Assembly (NCBI GenBank): GCA_020639315.1
Contig: JACKGM010000001.1
Span: 225,878 to 289,877 of the forward strand
Reading direction: 5' to 3'
Source: Candidatus Nomurabacteria bacterium
Lineage (GTDB): Bacteria > Patescibacteriota > Saccharimonadia > JAGOAT01
DNA length: 64,000 nucleotides
Numbering within the stretch: position 1 is the first letter of the stretch; each line of letters begins with the position of its first letter. Below, in pieces: positions 18,151 to 28,200 of the stretch. The notes beneath the pieces were generated by a model. The model did not search any database. It was not told the origin of the DNA and was given only the letters and a program-made list of their open reading frames with translations. The position numbers and the translations under genes are program-made.

Positions 18151-19980
18151 ATGTCAATCAAAACAAAAATATTAGCAGGAGGTTTGGTTGCTAGCCTGAT
18201 CTTAGTAGTGATTGGCTTTGGTTACTATAGCCAGTTGAGCCAAGGATTGATCAAGCTAGGGGCTAGCTATCTAGATCAAGCTTACCTTGCCAGTCGAGTA
18301 GAGCTAGCTGAAGATTACGGGGTTGATGCTAGGACTGCTCTAAGAGCCAGTGCAGATTTTGATCAGTATTATCAGATTTCTAGAGAATTAGGGCTCGAGA
18401 TTACAGAGCAAGATTTAAGGGACACCGGGTATTATCTAGAGCAAGAATATAGAGAAAACATTTTATTTAGGGCCAATACATTTAAAAGAGCCTTGGATAT
18501 TAAGGTAGAGGGTAGATCTAGGGGGCAGTACCAAGGAGCTCTTTTTACATTTCCAATCGTTAGCTATGACAACCAAGAAGGGGTGATTAGGAGCGCTACT
18601 GCTGCGTCCAAACAATATGCCCTAGACCAAGCAAACCAATACCGTGAAGCGATTGCTTCAGGAAAAGACCCCGAGGTCTTGATCGAGCAAATCAAGTCAG
18701 ATCCTAGGCTAGATTTGCCGATGGCGGATAATAGCTCAAGATTAGTAGGCTACAAAGAAAATGAAAGCTGGCAAAATATCCTTGGCGCTTATCATGAGGA
18801 TGTTATTGCTGAGCTGGAGAGAGGGGTAGATCCTGGACTAGGTGAAGTAAAGTTGGCCTATAGTTACCGGGAGGATCCAGCAGATCAAGAGGAGTTTATG
18901 TATTACTTTATCGATATCGCTGAGCACGAGCCAAAGGATTCGGAGATAGATCAACTCTACCAGAGCAAGCTAGCAGATAAGAGCTTGTTACTAAGCCTGC
19001 TAAATAAGCTTGATCATAGTGACCTAGAAATAGTACCAGAAGTCTATGCGGATGAGAGTAGTAACCATCAGGCCACAGAGTCGATACGCAATCAAATGAT
19101 TGCTGCTAATCCTAGAGCAAGATTGTTTGGTGATGTCCAGGGTCAGGTACTTGGTAGTGATAACAAAGGAGTATTTGGGGCTATTGTCAAAGTGACTTTT
19201 GAGATACAAGTATCAAATTGTCTAGAGTGTGACTGGGCTTTTGTTCGGGCTAAGGATATCTTGACACCGGCAGAAGTGGCAGCAGTCAAGCAGGGTACTC
19301 TCCAGTCTATCGGTAGTTCTGCCAATGAATTTGCCCCAAGGTACAAAGAGACAAGTATTGAACTAGTCACAGATGAGGAAGGCTGGTGGTCACTCAGTAG
19401 TATTGGGCTACTAGTCGACTGTAATACATCTGGAGGACACCCTCCGACTAAGATTAAGTACAAGGTATATGATATTTTTGATGGAGATATTTCGGATTTG
19501 CCTAGTAGTATCGGTGAGGCTGATCTCAACTATGTAGGGGTCAATTCGGTTACTAGTATAGTTGGCGGCTCTGCTCCTACCCAAAGTATCGGGACTAGCC
19601 AGGCGGGGATAGTCAATGTCGGTGGAATCAATGTAGCACAGTCGATTGCCGGTAATCTAGCTAAAATGCTTGATGCCGCCAAGGCCGACGGGGTCAATTT
19701 ATCAGGAGGTGGATATCGATCAAATGCGACCCAAGTACAGCTGAGGATAAGCCACTGTGGATCTTCAAACTATGCAATTTACCAGATGCCATCCAGCCAG
19801 TGTAGTCCACCGACTGCTAGGCCAGGTAAATCGAACCATGAGAAGGGCTTAGCAATCGATTTTAATAATTGTAGTAGTCGGAGTACTGCTTGCTATAGAT
19901 GGCTCAACGCTAACGCAAATCAGTATGGATTTTATAATTTGCCGAGTGAATCTTGGCACTGGTCGGTCAATGGCAAATAG
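18151..19980 (+). CDS. Membrane-anchored secreted protein (609 aa) with a C-terminal peptidase M15 (VanY / D-Ala-D-Ala carboxypeptidase-like, LAS superfamily) domain. Its N-terminal ~450 aa are homologous to the N-terminal module of the giant protein at 25278.
   Basis: TM LAGGLVASLILVVIGFGYY. Zinc-peptidase motifs SNHEKGLAIDF (SxHxxGxAxD) and ESWHWS in the last 90 aa. Protein-level similarity to ORF 25278 residues ~140-520 (NCLECDWAFV vs NCAECDSAFV; GWWSLSSIGLLVDCN vs GYFSLSAIDIVFDCN). Confidence 0.65.
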   Translation: MSIKTKILAGGLVASLILVVIGFGYYSQLSQGLIKLGASYLDQAYLASRVELAEDYGVDARTALRASADFDQYYQISRELGLEITEQDLRDTGYYLEQEYRENILFRANTFKRALDIKVEGRSRGQYQGALFTFPIVSYDNQEGVIRSATAASKQYALDQANQYREAIASGKDPEVLIEQIKSDPRLDLPMADNSSRLVGYKENESWQNILGAYHEDVIAELERGVDPGLGEVKLAYSYREDPADQEEFMYYFIDIAEHEPKDSEIDQLYQSKLADKSLLLSLLNKLDHSDLEIVPEVYADESSNHQATESIRNQMIAANPRARLFGDVQGQVLGSDNKGVFGAIVKVTFEIQVSNCLECDWAFVRAKDILTPAEVAAVKQGTLQSIGSSANEFAPRYKETSIELVTDEEGWWSLSSIGLLVDCNTSGGHPPTKIKYKVYDIFDGDISDLPSSIGEADLNYVGVNSVTSIVGGSAPTQSIGTSQAGIVNVGGINVAQSIAGNLAKMLDAAKADGVNLSGGGYRSNATQVQLRISHCGSSNYAIYQMPSSQCSPPTARPGKSNHEKGLAIDFNNCSSRSTACYRWLNANANQYGFYNLPSESWHWSVNGK

Positions 19981-20857
19981 AGGAGTGCAGGTCATCGCTA
20001 GCATTGTCCTGGTAGGCTTAACTATCCTAGGAGGATACCACTACTGGCGATCAAATCAATCAGTCAGTGCAAAATTGATCCTGGAGGAGTATCAGGACTT
20101 TTATCATTTAGAAGAAAATCGGTACCTTGGTGACAAAGGAGAGGGAAGGTTGGATTTGATCCAGTTGGACGGAGACAGGCCTAGGGTCGATCAGTCGATT
20201 GATTATATCAGCTATTTTGTAATCCCTAGTCAGGTGATTATTTTTGACCAGGCTGGAGTCAGTGCATACTCTACTAGAGACTTTTCTAAGCAGAACCAAG
20301 ACGGTCAGTATATTCTGGGCAATCTTGACGGGGATAATATTTACCTTGATCAAGCTGGGAGCAATGACGATGATACTCTGGTCAGACTAGATTATAGGCT
20401 CAGGGGTGAACTTGTCGGTGAAGAGTTGGTGACCAGCTTGGAGGTAGCACCGATTTTTGCTAATATCGGTACCAATCATTATAGGCTGGTCTTTGATCAG
20501 TTGACCGCTACACTTGCAGTCACCCCGATCGACAAAGACTTTGAAGCGTCTGGTCAGACTGTCAGCTACAACAATGTCAAGACTTGGCGAATCGAGCAAG
20601 ATTATCTCGCGATTGACTTGTTGGATGATAGTGGTCAGAGATTTGTGGCTGAAGATTTGCTTGAGCTAAACACTACACCCTTGATCGGGCTTTGTGTTGA
20701 TTATCAATTGGGCAAGGATTACCTTTATCTAGATTATAAGACTAGACTTGATTTGCCAGCTGAGATCGATAATCAGTCCAAAGTTTATTGTCATCAAGAT
20801 AATATTTATATTTGGCTTGGACAAAAGCTATATGAGGCAAAAAGAGATGAAGTCTAG
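19970..20857 (+). CDS. Hypothetical N-terminally anchored protein (295 aa). The start overlaps the upstream stop by 11 nt (ATGGCAAATAG).
   Basis: ORF in the track begins at 19925. The internal ATG at 19970 (MANRGVQVIASIVLVGLTILGG) gives a signal anchor and an 11-nt overlap, as seen at other junctions here. No recognisable domain. Confidence 0.5.
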   Translation: MANRGVQVIASIVLVGLTILGGYHYWRSNQSVSAKLILEEYQDFYHLEENRYLGDKGEGRLDLIQLDGDRPRVDQSIDYISYFVIPSQVIIFDQAGVSAYSTRDFSKQNQDGQYILGNLDGDNIYLDQAGSNDDDTLVRLDYRLRGELVGEELVTSLEVAPIFANIGTNHYRLVFDQLTATLAVTPIDKDFEASGQTVSYNNVKTWRIEQDYLAIDLLDDSGQRFVAEDLLELNTTPLIGLCVDYQLGKDYLYLDYKTRLDLPAEIDNQSKVYCHQDNIYIWLGQKLYEAKRDEV

Positions 20858-23800
20858 ACTGTTGATATTCGGTATCCTGATAGTCGGAGTTTTTGGTCTG
20901 ATGCAGATGGTTCGACCTAGCTTGGCTGGGACTGAGCCTCCAACCCCTGAGCTTAGCCAAGAGGCATTTGACAAGGCTTTTAATCTTGAGCCCGACCAGT
21001 TTGAAGACTTTAAGACAGTCTATGGCAAGAGTGAGTATAGCCCCTTTTATGCCAAGGTTAGCCCAGCGACTCCCGAAGTCGGAAATCTTTGCTGGAAAAC
21101 AGCGGAGGAGACTGATACTGAGGCAGAGCCAACCCAATCCCAGCTAGAAGATCCTGAGTATCAGCAGTCCTTGGAGGATTGTCAGGATTGGTTGATTTCT
21201 CTCAATCCGTATTTAGCTAGAGAGATTTACCGGGATTATCTCAAGACTACCGATTGGTTCAAGGGCAGCGAATCACTGTCGGACAATGATCTGATCTATG
21301 GCAAGATGGGGGTAATGGTTTACTGCCAGGTATTGGGTCAAGATTATCAATTGAGCTTTGACGATGATAAGCAGAAGTGTTTAGAATCGATTACTGACTA
21401 TGATCAGACTGACGAAGCAGGGGTTTGTAAGGATCTAGAAGAGTTTGGGTACAATTGGGAAGATCAAGCTTGTAAGTATAGTCTGGAGTCATCAGATAAT
21501 TCTGAGCTAGATCAAGCTATAGATCAGCTTGACTTAGACCAGAACTCTAGTGCCGACGCTGGTGGTGGCCCTCCTGCAGGTAAAGTTTTAGGCAGAATAA
21601 ACGCTAGTGGGGAGTGTGAAGTAGACAATCCAATCTTGCAGTGGTGTCCACCGGTAGTGCTTGATGCGGCTGCTCCGACTGGCACTAGTGTCAGTGGCCT
21701 AGGGACTGAACCGAGAAAGGGCATACCTGATCCGCCCCGTAGCTCTGAGATTAGTAACAAGCCTGACGATTTGGGTGAGCGAGAACGCCCCGTCATCTCG
21801 ATCAAAAAATACGTCGGTCACACAGTAGATGATCTCAGTGATGCCCAAGACTCAGCTACAGCTGTCAAGTTCTATCCTGGTCAATCGATAGTCTATCAAG
21901 TAGTAATTACTCATCAGTCTGGAGCAGATGCGACCAAAGTAGTCTGGTCTGATGAAAACCTTGATGGATTTGTCTCAGGTGGACTGATGGAACTAGGAGA
22001 TTGGACTAGTGATACTCAAGTAGATGACATCTTCTCCTTCCCTCTCAAACAAGGAGAAGAGATTACCTTCTTAAGAGAAGGCACAATCTCCCTAGATGCT
22101 GGTCTCTTCGGTCTAGATCAAGAATCAGTTCTTAACTCAACTGCTGCCCTTGAAAACATCGCCAGTGTCGATGAACTCAATGATGCTGATCCTGGGATTG
22201 CTAGTAGTGATCCCGCTAATATCTTACCAATGCTTTCAGACCTCACCCTCCGTAAGCAAGTCTCCAACCTCACCGAAACCCCATTCCTCTCCCCAGGCAC
22301 AAGTCCCTACTACCTCAGTGATGGTCCTATCTACTATGATGCAGATAGTATAGACAATGCAGTCTCCTTCGGTCCTAGTGAAGAGATAGAGTACCGTATA
22401 GAGATAATAAACAACGGTCCAGACGAAGCCACCTCTATCAGCTTCACTGATCCTGATCTCCCAGATGAGCTAGTAGACTGGGAGTCAGACGGCTGGATCA
22501 ACGCTGAGACTGGTGAAACCGTATCCTCAGGAGATACCATCTTCCCAATCCCAGCCGAAGGAGCTCCGACTGAATTCCTCTGGCCTGAAGAGTCCAAGAC
22601 GATTGATCCTGAGACCAAAGCAGAAACCACAGTCAACAATATCACTGAAGGTAAGAGAGTCAGAATAGTCCTAACCAAGAAAGGTAGAATCAAGAACGAC
22701 CTAGCTAATACCGATTGGTTCCAGTCTAATACTGCTCACCAAAACACTGCAGAAGTCTCTACTATCAATCCAGAAACCAACTATGACAACAATACCAACG
22801 ATGCCTACATCGACCCCAAGGTCACAGACATCATCATCGGTAAAGTCGGTCAGACTGGTAATGACACTGGTCTAGCAGGTAAAGAACTAACTTGGACGAT
22901 TAGAGTAGTCAACAATGGTAAAGACTCAGCTATCTCTCTCGTAGACAATGGAGGAATCAAGCTAACCGACTACCTCAACCTCAAAGACACCTACAATGAA
23001 ACAGTTACCTATCAATGTGTCCCTGCCTATGCCTGCAGTGTCCCAACCGGAGAAATCAACTCCACTGACAATCCCGAAGGTATCCTAGACCTAGAACTCT
23101 ACCTCGGCCCTGGCTTTGGAGACATGGAGCAAGTAGACTTCATCGATATCCTCTCAGATGAGGAGCTGTCAGCCAACCAAACCGACACTACCAACAACAA
23201 CACCACCACCAACAACAACACTAACACCACTAACACCAATAACACCAACACCACCACCAACACTAACACTACCAACAACACTACCAACAACACTGACACC
23301 ACCCAAACCACCAATACTGATCTAACCACCCTCCCCGTCTGTGAGACTGGTAGATTCATCGGTATTAACAAGGCTACTGACACTACTACAGGCTTCAACC
23401 CCGATATCAACGAGGATGGCAATGGAGACCTCTATGTTCTCTTCAATACCAATTGCTTTAGCTCCTACCCTGACCTCAGCCACTTCGAGCTAACAGACCT
23501 CTCCCTTAGCAGTGATGAAGTAGTCAACTACCTCACCCAGTATCAAGGTGGTAAAATTGCTTACTATCAAACCCCTACTCACCTAAACACCACCAATCAA
23601 GTAGACATCCAAATCACCGCTAGACTAGCTGACCATGTCACCTATGGTGATGATGTCACTACTCAAGCAGTAGATGAGATCTGTAATCCTAGTGACAAGA
23701 ACAACCCTGATCAAAAAGTCCATGTCGAAAAGACCGAAACCGTAGCCTGGGAATTGTCACTAGACAATAACACCGCTCCCCTAAGATGTATCCCAGTAAT

Positions 23801-25163
23801 GCTCTGTTACAACGAAGATGGTCAAGCCTTAGCTAGCTATCCCGGTAAAGAAGGAGAAGACTTCTATCTCTCATTCGTCGGAGTAGACAATGAAGGTAAC
23901 AAACTCTATGATCAATCTCTAGATGAACTAATCGCTAGAGATGACTTAGCAGGACTAGATGTGATCTGTCGTAAGCCTACTACCTGTGAGCTTAAAGTAA
24001 CGCGGACGATAGTACTAGCCAATGGTACAGAAGAAACCACTGATGTCGAAGTCACCGAACTATTTGATGGCTCAGCTGCTGGTGCTGATACCACTGACCT
24101 CGGATACTACAACTTTAGCCTAGAGTGTCAAAACCTCGAAGACGGACAATCCCCCAACCTCACGATTGAAGTCATCCGCCGTCTCTTCGGTCCCTACTTC
24201 GCGATCGAAGATGGTTCAGCCACAGTGCTCGGAGAAATAGTCAAAGGTGTCTATCCTGAAGACAATGACCTAGACATCACTCGTCATACCCACATCCTGA
24301 CCGCTACCAATGAAATCTCTTCAATCTTCTGCTCACTAACCGAGATCATGGCAGCCGGAGAGAGTGTAGACTGTACTAGTCCTAGTGACCTAGCTGGAGC
24401 CGGATACCCAATCCGTCTAGACGGAGGTAGCAAGGACAACTTTGTCAATGTACTTGACTCAATAGAGAGTCTAATCGCAGAACCAGACTCCTCCCCCTAT
24501 GAAGTAGTTACTATTAACAACCTAAACCAAATCCCCCTTGACCTCAGTGATGGTAAGAGCCCAGACTTCGAACCTGATCCCAACTCCACCACTACCCCAG
24601 TCCCTTACCCCACCCTCTATGTCTATGATGGAGATCTAGAGATCTCAGCTAGTCAAGCTATGCACTACAATGCAGGTCTAGCTACTATCTACGTCAGGGG
24701 TAATGTCTACATCAATGGAGACATCATCAGAGATGACAATACAGTGATAGAAGACATAGATGAGTATCCCAACCTAGGTATTATCTCTACTGGCAATATC
24801 TACATCAGACCAGACACCTCCAAATCAGTAGAGACTCCCCAAGTAATTGACGCCAGTCTCTTCGCCCAAGGTATGATCGAAACAGCCTACCGTCAAACCA
24901 CTCAAACCCCAATCCCCGAATACTATACCAACCAACCCCTAATCTTCCATGGTACAGTAGCCTCCAAGGGAGATGAGAGTGTCCCAGGAGTCAAAGACCC
25001 AATCACCAATCAAGTCTATGCCTTCAAACTAAACAGGACCAATGTCTCAGTCACCCTAGGACAAGACTGTAACAATACTCAAGTCTCTGAATGCTTTGCA
25101 CCAGACAACTCAATCTTTATTGCTACTCCTCCGGGGTTTGAGGATCGGCTTAGCTCAGAGTGA
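20847..25163 (+). CDS. Giant modular surface protein paralog 3 (~1438 aa). It has an N-terminal signal anchor, an acidic Cys-containing unique region, shared module A, the 2.9-kb shared module and the shared C-terminal domain.
   Basis: Start moved from 20748 to the ATG at 20847 (MKSRLLIFGILIVGVFGLMQMV), which overlaps the upstream stop by 11 nt. The sequence from 22215 onward is identical to 15265-18107 and 30385-33315. Confidence 0.8.
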   Translation: MKSRLLIFGILIVGVFGLMQMVRPSLAGTEPPTPELSQEAFDKAFNLEPDQFEDFKTVYGKSEYSPFYAKVSPATPEVGNLCWKTAEETDTEAEPTQSQLEDPEYQQSLEDCQDWLISLNPYLAREIYRDYLKTTDWFKGSESLSDNDLIYGKMGVMVYCQVLGQDYQLSFDDDKQKCLESITDYDQTDEAGVCKDLEEFGYNWEDQACKYSLESSDNSELDQAIDQLDLDQNSSADAGGGPPAGKVLGRINASGECEVDNPILQWCPPVVLDAAAPTGTSVSGLGTEPRKGIPDPPRSSEISNKPDDLGERERPVISIKKYVGHTVDDLSDAQDSATAVKFYPGQSIVYQVVITHQSGADATKVVWSDENLDGFVSGGLMELGDWTSDTQVDDIFSFPLKQGEEITFLREGTISLDAGLFGLDQESVLNSTAALENIASVDELNDADPGIASSDPANILPMLSDLTLRKQVSNLTETPFLSPGTSPYYLSDGPIYYDADSIDNAVSFGPSEEIEYRIEIINNGPDEATSISFTDPDLPDELVDWESDGWINAETGETVSSGDTIFPIPAEGAPTEFLWPEESKTIDPETKAETTVNNITEGKRVRIVLTKKGRIKNDLANTDWFQSNTAHQNTAEVSTINPETNYDNNTNDAYIDPKVTDIIIGKVGQTGNDTGLAGKELTWTIRVVNNGKDSAISLVDNGGIKLTDYLNLKDTYNETVTYQCVPAYACSVPTGEINSTDNPEGILDLELYLGPGFGDMEQVDFIDILSDEELSANQTDTTNNNTTTNNNTNTTNTNNTNTTTNTNTTNNTTNNTDTTQTTNTDLTTLPVCETGRFIGINKATDTTTGFNPDINEDGNGDLYVLFNTNCFSSYPDLSHFELTDLSLSSDEVVNYLTQYQGGKIAYYQTPTHLNTTNQVDIQITARLADHVTYGDDVTTQAVDEICNPSDKNNPDQKVHVEKTETVAWELSLDNNTAPLRCIPVMLCYNEDGQALASYPGKEGEDFYLSFVGVDNEGNKLYDQSLDELIARDDLAGLDVICRKPTTCELKVTRTIVLANGTEETTDVEVTELFDGSAAGADTTDLGYYNFSLECQNLEDGQSPNLTIEVIRRLFGPYFAIEDGSATVLGEIVKGVYPEDNDLDITRHTHILTATNEISSIFCSLTEIMAAGESVDCTSPSDLAGAGYPIRLDGGSKDNFVNVLDSIESLIAEPDSSPYEVVTINNLNQIPLDLSDGKSPDFEPDPNSTTTPVPYPTLYVYDGDLEISASQAMHYNAGLATIYVRGNVYINGDIIRDDNTVIEDIDEYPNLGIISTGNIYIRPDTSKSVETPQVIDASLFAQGMIETAYRQTTQTPIPEYYTNQPLIFHGTVASKGDESVPGVKDPITNQVYAFKLNRTNVSVTLGQDCNNTQVSECFAPDNSIFIATPPGFEDRLSSE
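22215..25152. repeat. Copy 2 of the ~2.9-kb near-identical coding module. It carries the expanded TN linker at about 23170-23300.
   Basis: Direct comparison with 15265-18107 and 30385-33315. Confidence 0.9.
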
Positions 25164-25185
25164 TTTTCTGGAATCAGGCTAATGA

Positions 25186-25250
25186 GGGGGGGCATTGTCA
25201 CCCTCCGAATTCTCCTTGTCCTGTCATTCTCCAAAATCCCCTATTCCCCT
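25186..25250. repeat. Degenerate remnant of the MITE-like family 1 element in the short spacer between two giant genes.
   Basis: gggcattgtcaccctccgaattctccttgtcctgtcattctcc matches the gggcattgtcatcctccgaattctccttgtcctgtcatcctccgaag unit seen at 33590 and 34880. Confidence 0.6.
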
Positions 25251-25277
25251 TGCCAAGACTATGGCGGTTGTGGTTAA

Positions 25278-28200
25278 ATGAAAAAGAGAAGTTTATATAA
25301 ACCAAATAAAAGTGAGGGAAAGTTGAGTAATACAAAGTTTAATTTGAGGCATTTACTACTAAGTCTAAGTGGTGTCTTGGTAGTCGTGGCTATCAGCATT
25401 GGGATAGTCAAATTCATCGACTATAGCAATCCCGTGGTCGTCAGTATTGACGGAGTCGAGATCCGAGAAAACACCTTTGACAAAAATATCGAGCTAGGTA
25501 AAGACTACGACAATGGTAGAGAAGACATAGTCAATGCCACAATCGACCTCGAAGCTTGGAAGAAAATCAACCAAAACCTCGGAGTTGTCCCTCCCGACTC
25601 CTTTATCATGGAGTATGCTAGTCGATATACCGAGCAGGCAGTCAAAGAAAACGTAATCCTCCAAAAGAACCTCTACAAATACGCCACCGAGCAAATGATG
25701 CTCAATCAATACTACGGGCTCTATGATGGCGCAGTATTTGTCTTCCCATATGCCAATTTTGATCAGGGAGCTACAACGGAAGAGCAAGCCTACGCCAAGC
25801 AAAAAGCTGAGGAGTACCTAGCGAGATTTTCTAGTGGCGAAGATCCCAGATCACTAATCGACGAGATCTATGCAGATAGGAGCCTAGAGCCAGCCGTCGA
25901 TGCCCAAAATCCATCGACAATCCTCGGATTTTACGAAGATCAGAGCCCCTATGATCAATACAGGATGGGCTACTCAGAGCTACTCAATGATATTTGGTCG
26001 ATCGAGAATCGTGGTACTAGTCAGATAGTCGATATCCCTGAAGATAGAGAAAATCGTTCTGGTGGATACTACTATTTCTACAATATCAATGATTATCAGT
26101 CTCCGAGGCTAGATATCCAAGAGAGCTATGATACAGAAGTCGAGAGAATAGCTACAGACTTGACTACCCAAGCAGACAAGATCAATCGAGTCGGTCAGAG
26201 TACGGTATCCTTCCTCGGTAATAAACTCAAGGATTTAGCAATCCAGCCAGCTTACGCCAAGGATACTGTCGAGGCTCATCAGTCTGGGCCAAGTGTGCTA
26301 TTAAAGCTGATGAACGATAAGAGCTATGAGGGTAGGACACTGATCGAGCGGTTCGCTGATGTCTCTGGTAGGGTATTGGGTAGCAATGGAGATCCTTACC
26401 CCAATGCTATCGTCAGGATTAAATACAAAGATGTGCTTAAGCAAAATTGTGCAGAGTGTGATAGTGCCTTTGTCGATGTCGGTAAGATTGGTTTGGGTTC
26501 ATCTACCAATGAAAACGCTCCTCGAGTAGACTACCGCAAGGCAGGTATAGGTAAGCTCCATGATACTCCTGAGATGCAGGGTTATCACGACTATGTCGAG
26601 GTGATTTCAGGGGAGAGTGGGTATTTCTCTCTATCTGCTATTGACATAGTGTTTGACTGTAATCGCGTCAAGACAGAGTACGGAGATGGTCATCCAATAG
26701 ATGTCAATATGGAAGCCTTGGATGTCTATAAAGATGCAGAGATATCACTGGGAGGGCTAGATAGTATCAACGATCAGATAGCGATAGTCGATACTGAGCA
26801 AGTAGGGGGTAATATCGACCTTGCTTTCGCCAAGCCAGAGCATGATAGTGGATACTTGGATCGACTAGCCAGCACAGTCGGAAGTATCTTCCAGCTCGCC
26901 CGGATACCTTTAGTCCAAGGGGCGCAAGGGGGTTATGGGGAGTTAAAACCCGATGAGAATAATCAACTTGTGGACCTAGAGGATAAGAGATTCGGCCATT
27001 ATAGGGATAAGATTCAATATTTTAGAGAGAAAAGTGAGATGAATCTTGACTCTAATTTCGCAGCTGAACAATATAATTCCTATGATCCAGCTGGAAACAT
27101 AGATAAAGAGACAATGGCTTCAATTTTACTTGATACAGTAAACGGATATCTTACAGACCCGGATTTCCAGATTAATAAAGATCAGGCGCAGGGTTTAGTA
27201 GGTCTTTTATTTGCATGTGATGTTATTTATCAGGAGGGGGATAATGAAAACTATTGGTACTATGCCAATCTTATAGACAGTGATGGTAATCATCCACTGG
27301 ACTGCATGTCGCATTTTGTAGTCGAGGATGTCTTGATGGCAATTGGGATGGACCTAAGGGTAGATAATGTCTATACCAACCCTACCTTCCCCCATGCTTT
27401 CCAGGTTGATTTTCGGGAACCCCCTGAGAATTGGCCTAATGATCGGGAAGGAACAGGATCAGCAAAGGATGGGTTTGTAGTATTTTGCGAGGCAACAGGT
27501 TACAAAACAAACGATGCTAGGGATAGGTGTATACTGGATAAGTCTGATACAGAGCAAGCAACCGACGAATCAGACGACGATAACTTTGCTGAACCTAACA
27601 AACTTGCAAGGCAATGTAGCTATTTTCTTTGGGAGTTAGACCAAGCAAGGTACGAAGCGCTAGAAGGTAGAGATTGTACGAGCCTTGTGGATAAGGGAGA
27701 AGTAGGTTCTCTTAATGGAATATCAAGACGGACATTATGTGTTGATCGTTGGGGGTATACGTTTGGTAGCAACCAATGTGTCCCACCTGATGGTGTAACA
27801 TACCCTTCTAGGCGGGAAAGTTTTTGTAAAAATATAACAAATTTCATATTTAGTAATAATAGATGCAATATGTCAGGATACGAGCAAGGCGCAAGTCTGG
27901 AGCTAGCAGAAGAGTATAAAAATGCAGTATTTGGAGATGCAGTTAATGCTTCTCCGGCTCAACTTTGCTCCGACTTTTACGTAGCATTAGAGATTATGCC
28001 ACCTGGGACATATAATAGTTATGAAATGCTTAGTCAATATGGGCTGACGAATGGGAAGTATGTCTGTGATCCTAACAATTATGAGTTTAACTCTGAGACA
28101 GAGAAATATCAACTTAAAGAGAGAGGCTCTTCCTCTGACAATGAGTCTCCTAACGACGGTGTTAGCCCTGAGGTAGGCTCTACTACAGAAGACCGCCGTT

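Noticed and set aside
20748-20846. ORF-track N-terminal extensions (20748 for the third giant gene, 33970 for miaA, 48462 for valS, 53820 for ruvA, 53733 TTG for the permease, 38848 for the AI-2E transporter).
   Set aside because: The extensions run through repeat elements or the upstream gene, lack signal or anchor logic, and in each case a downstream ATG with either an SD or the recurrent TATAAT-N6 leaderless signature gives a protein beginning like known family members.
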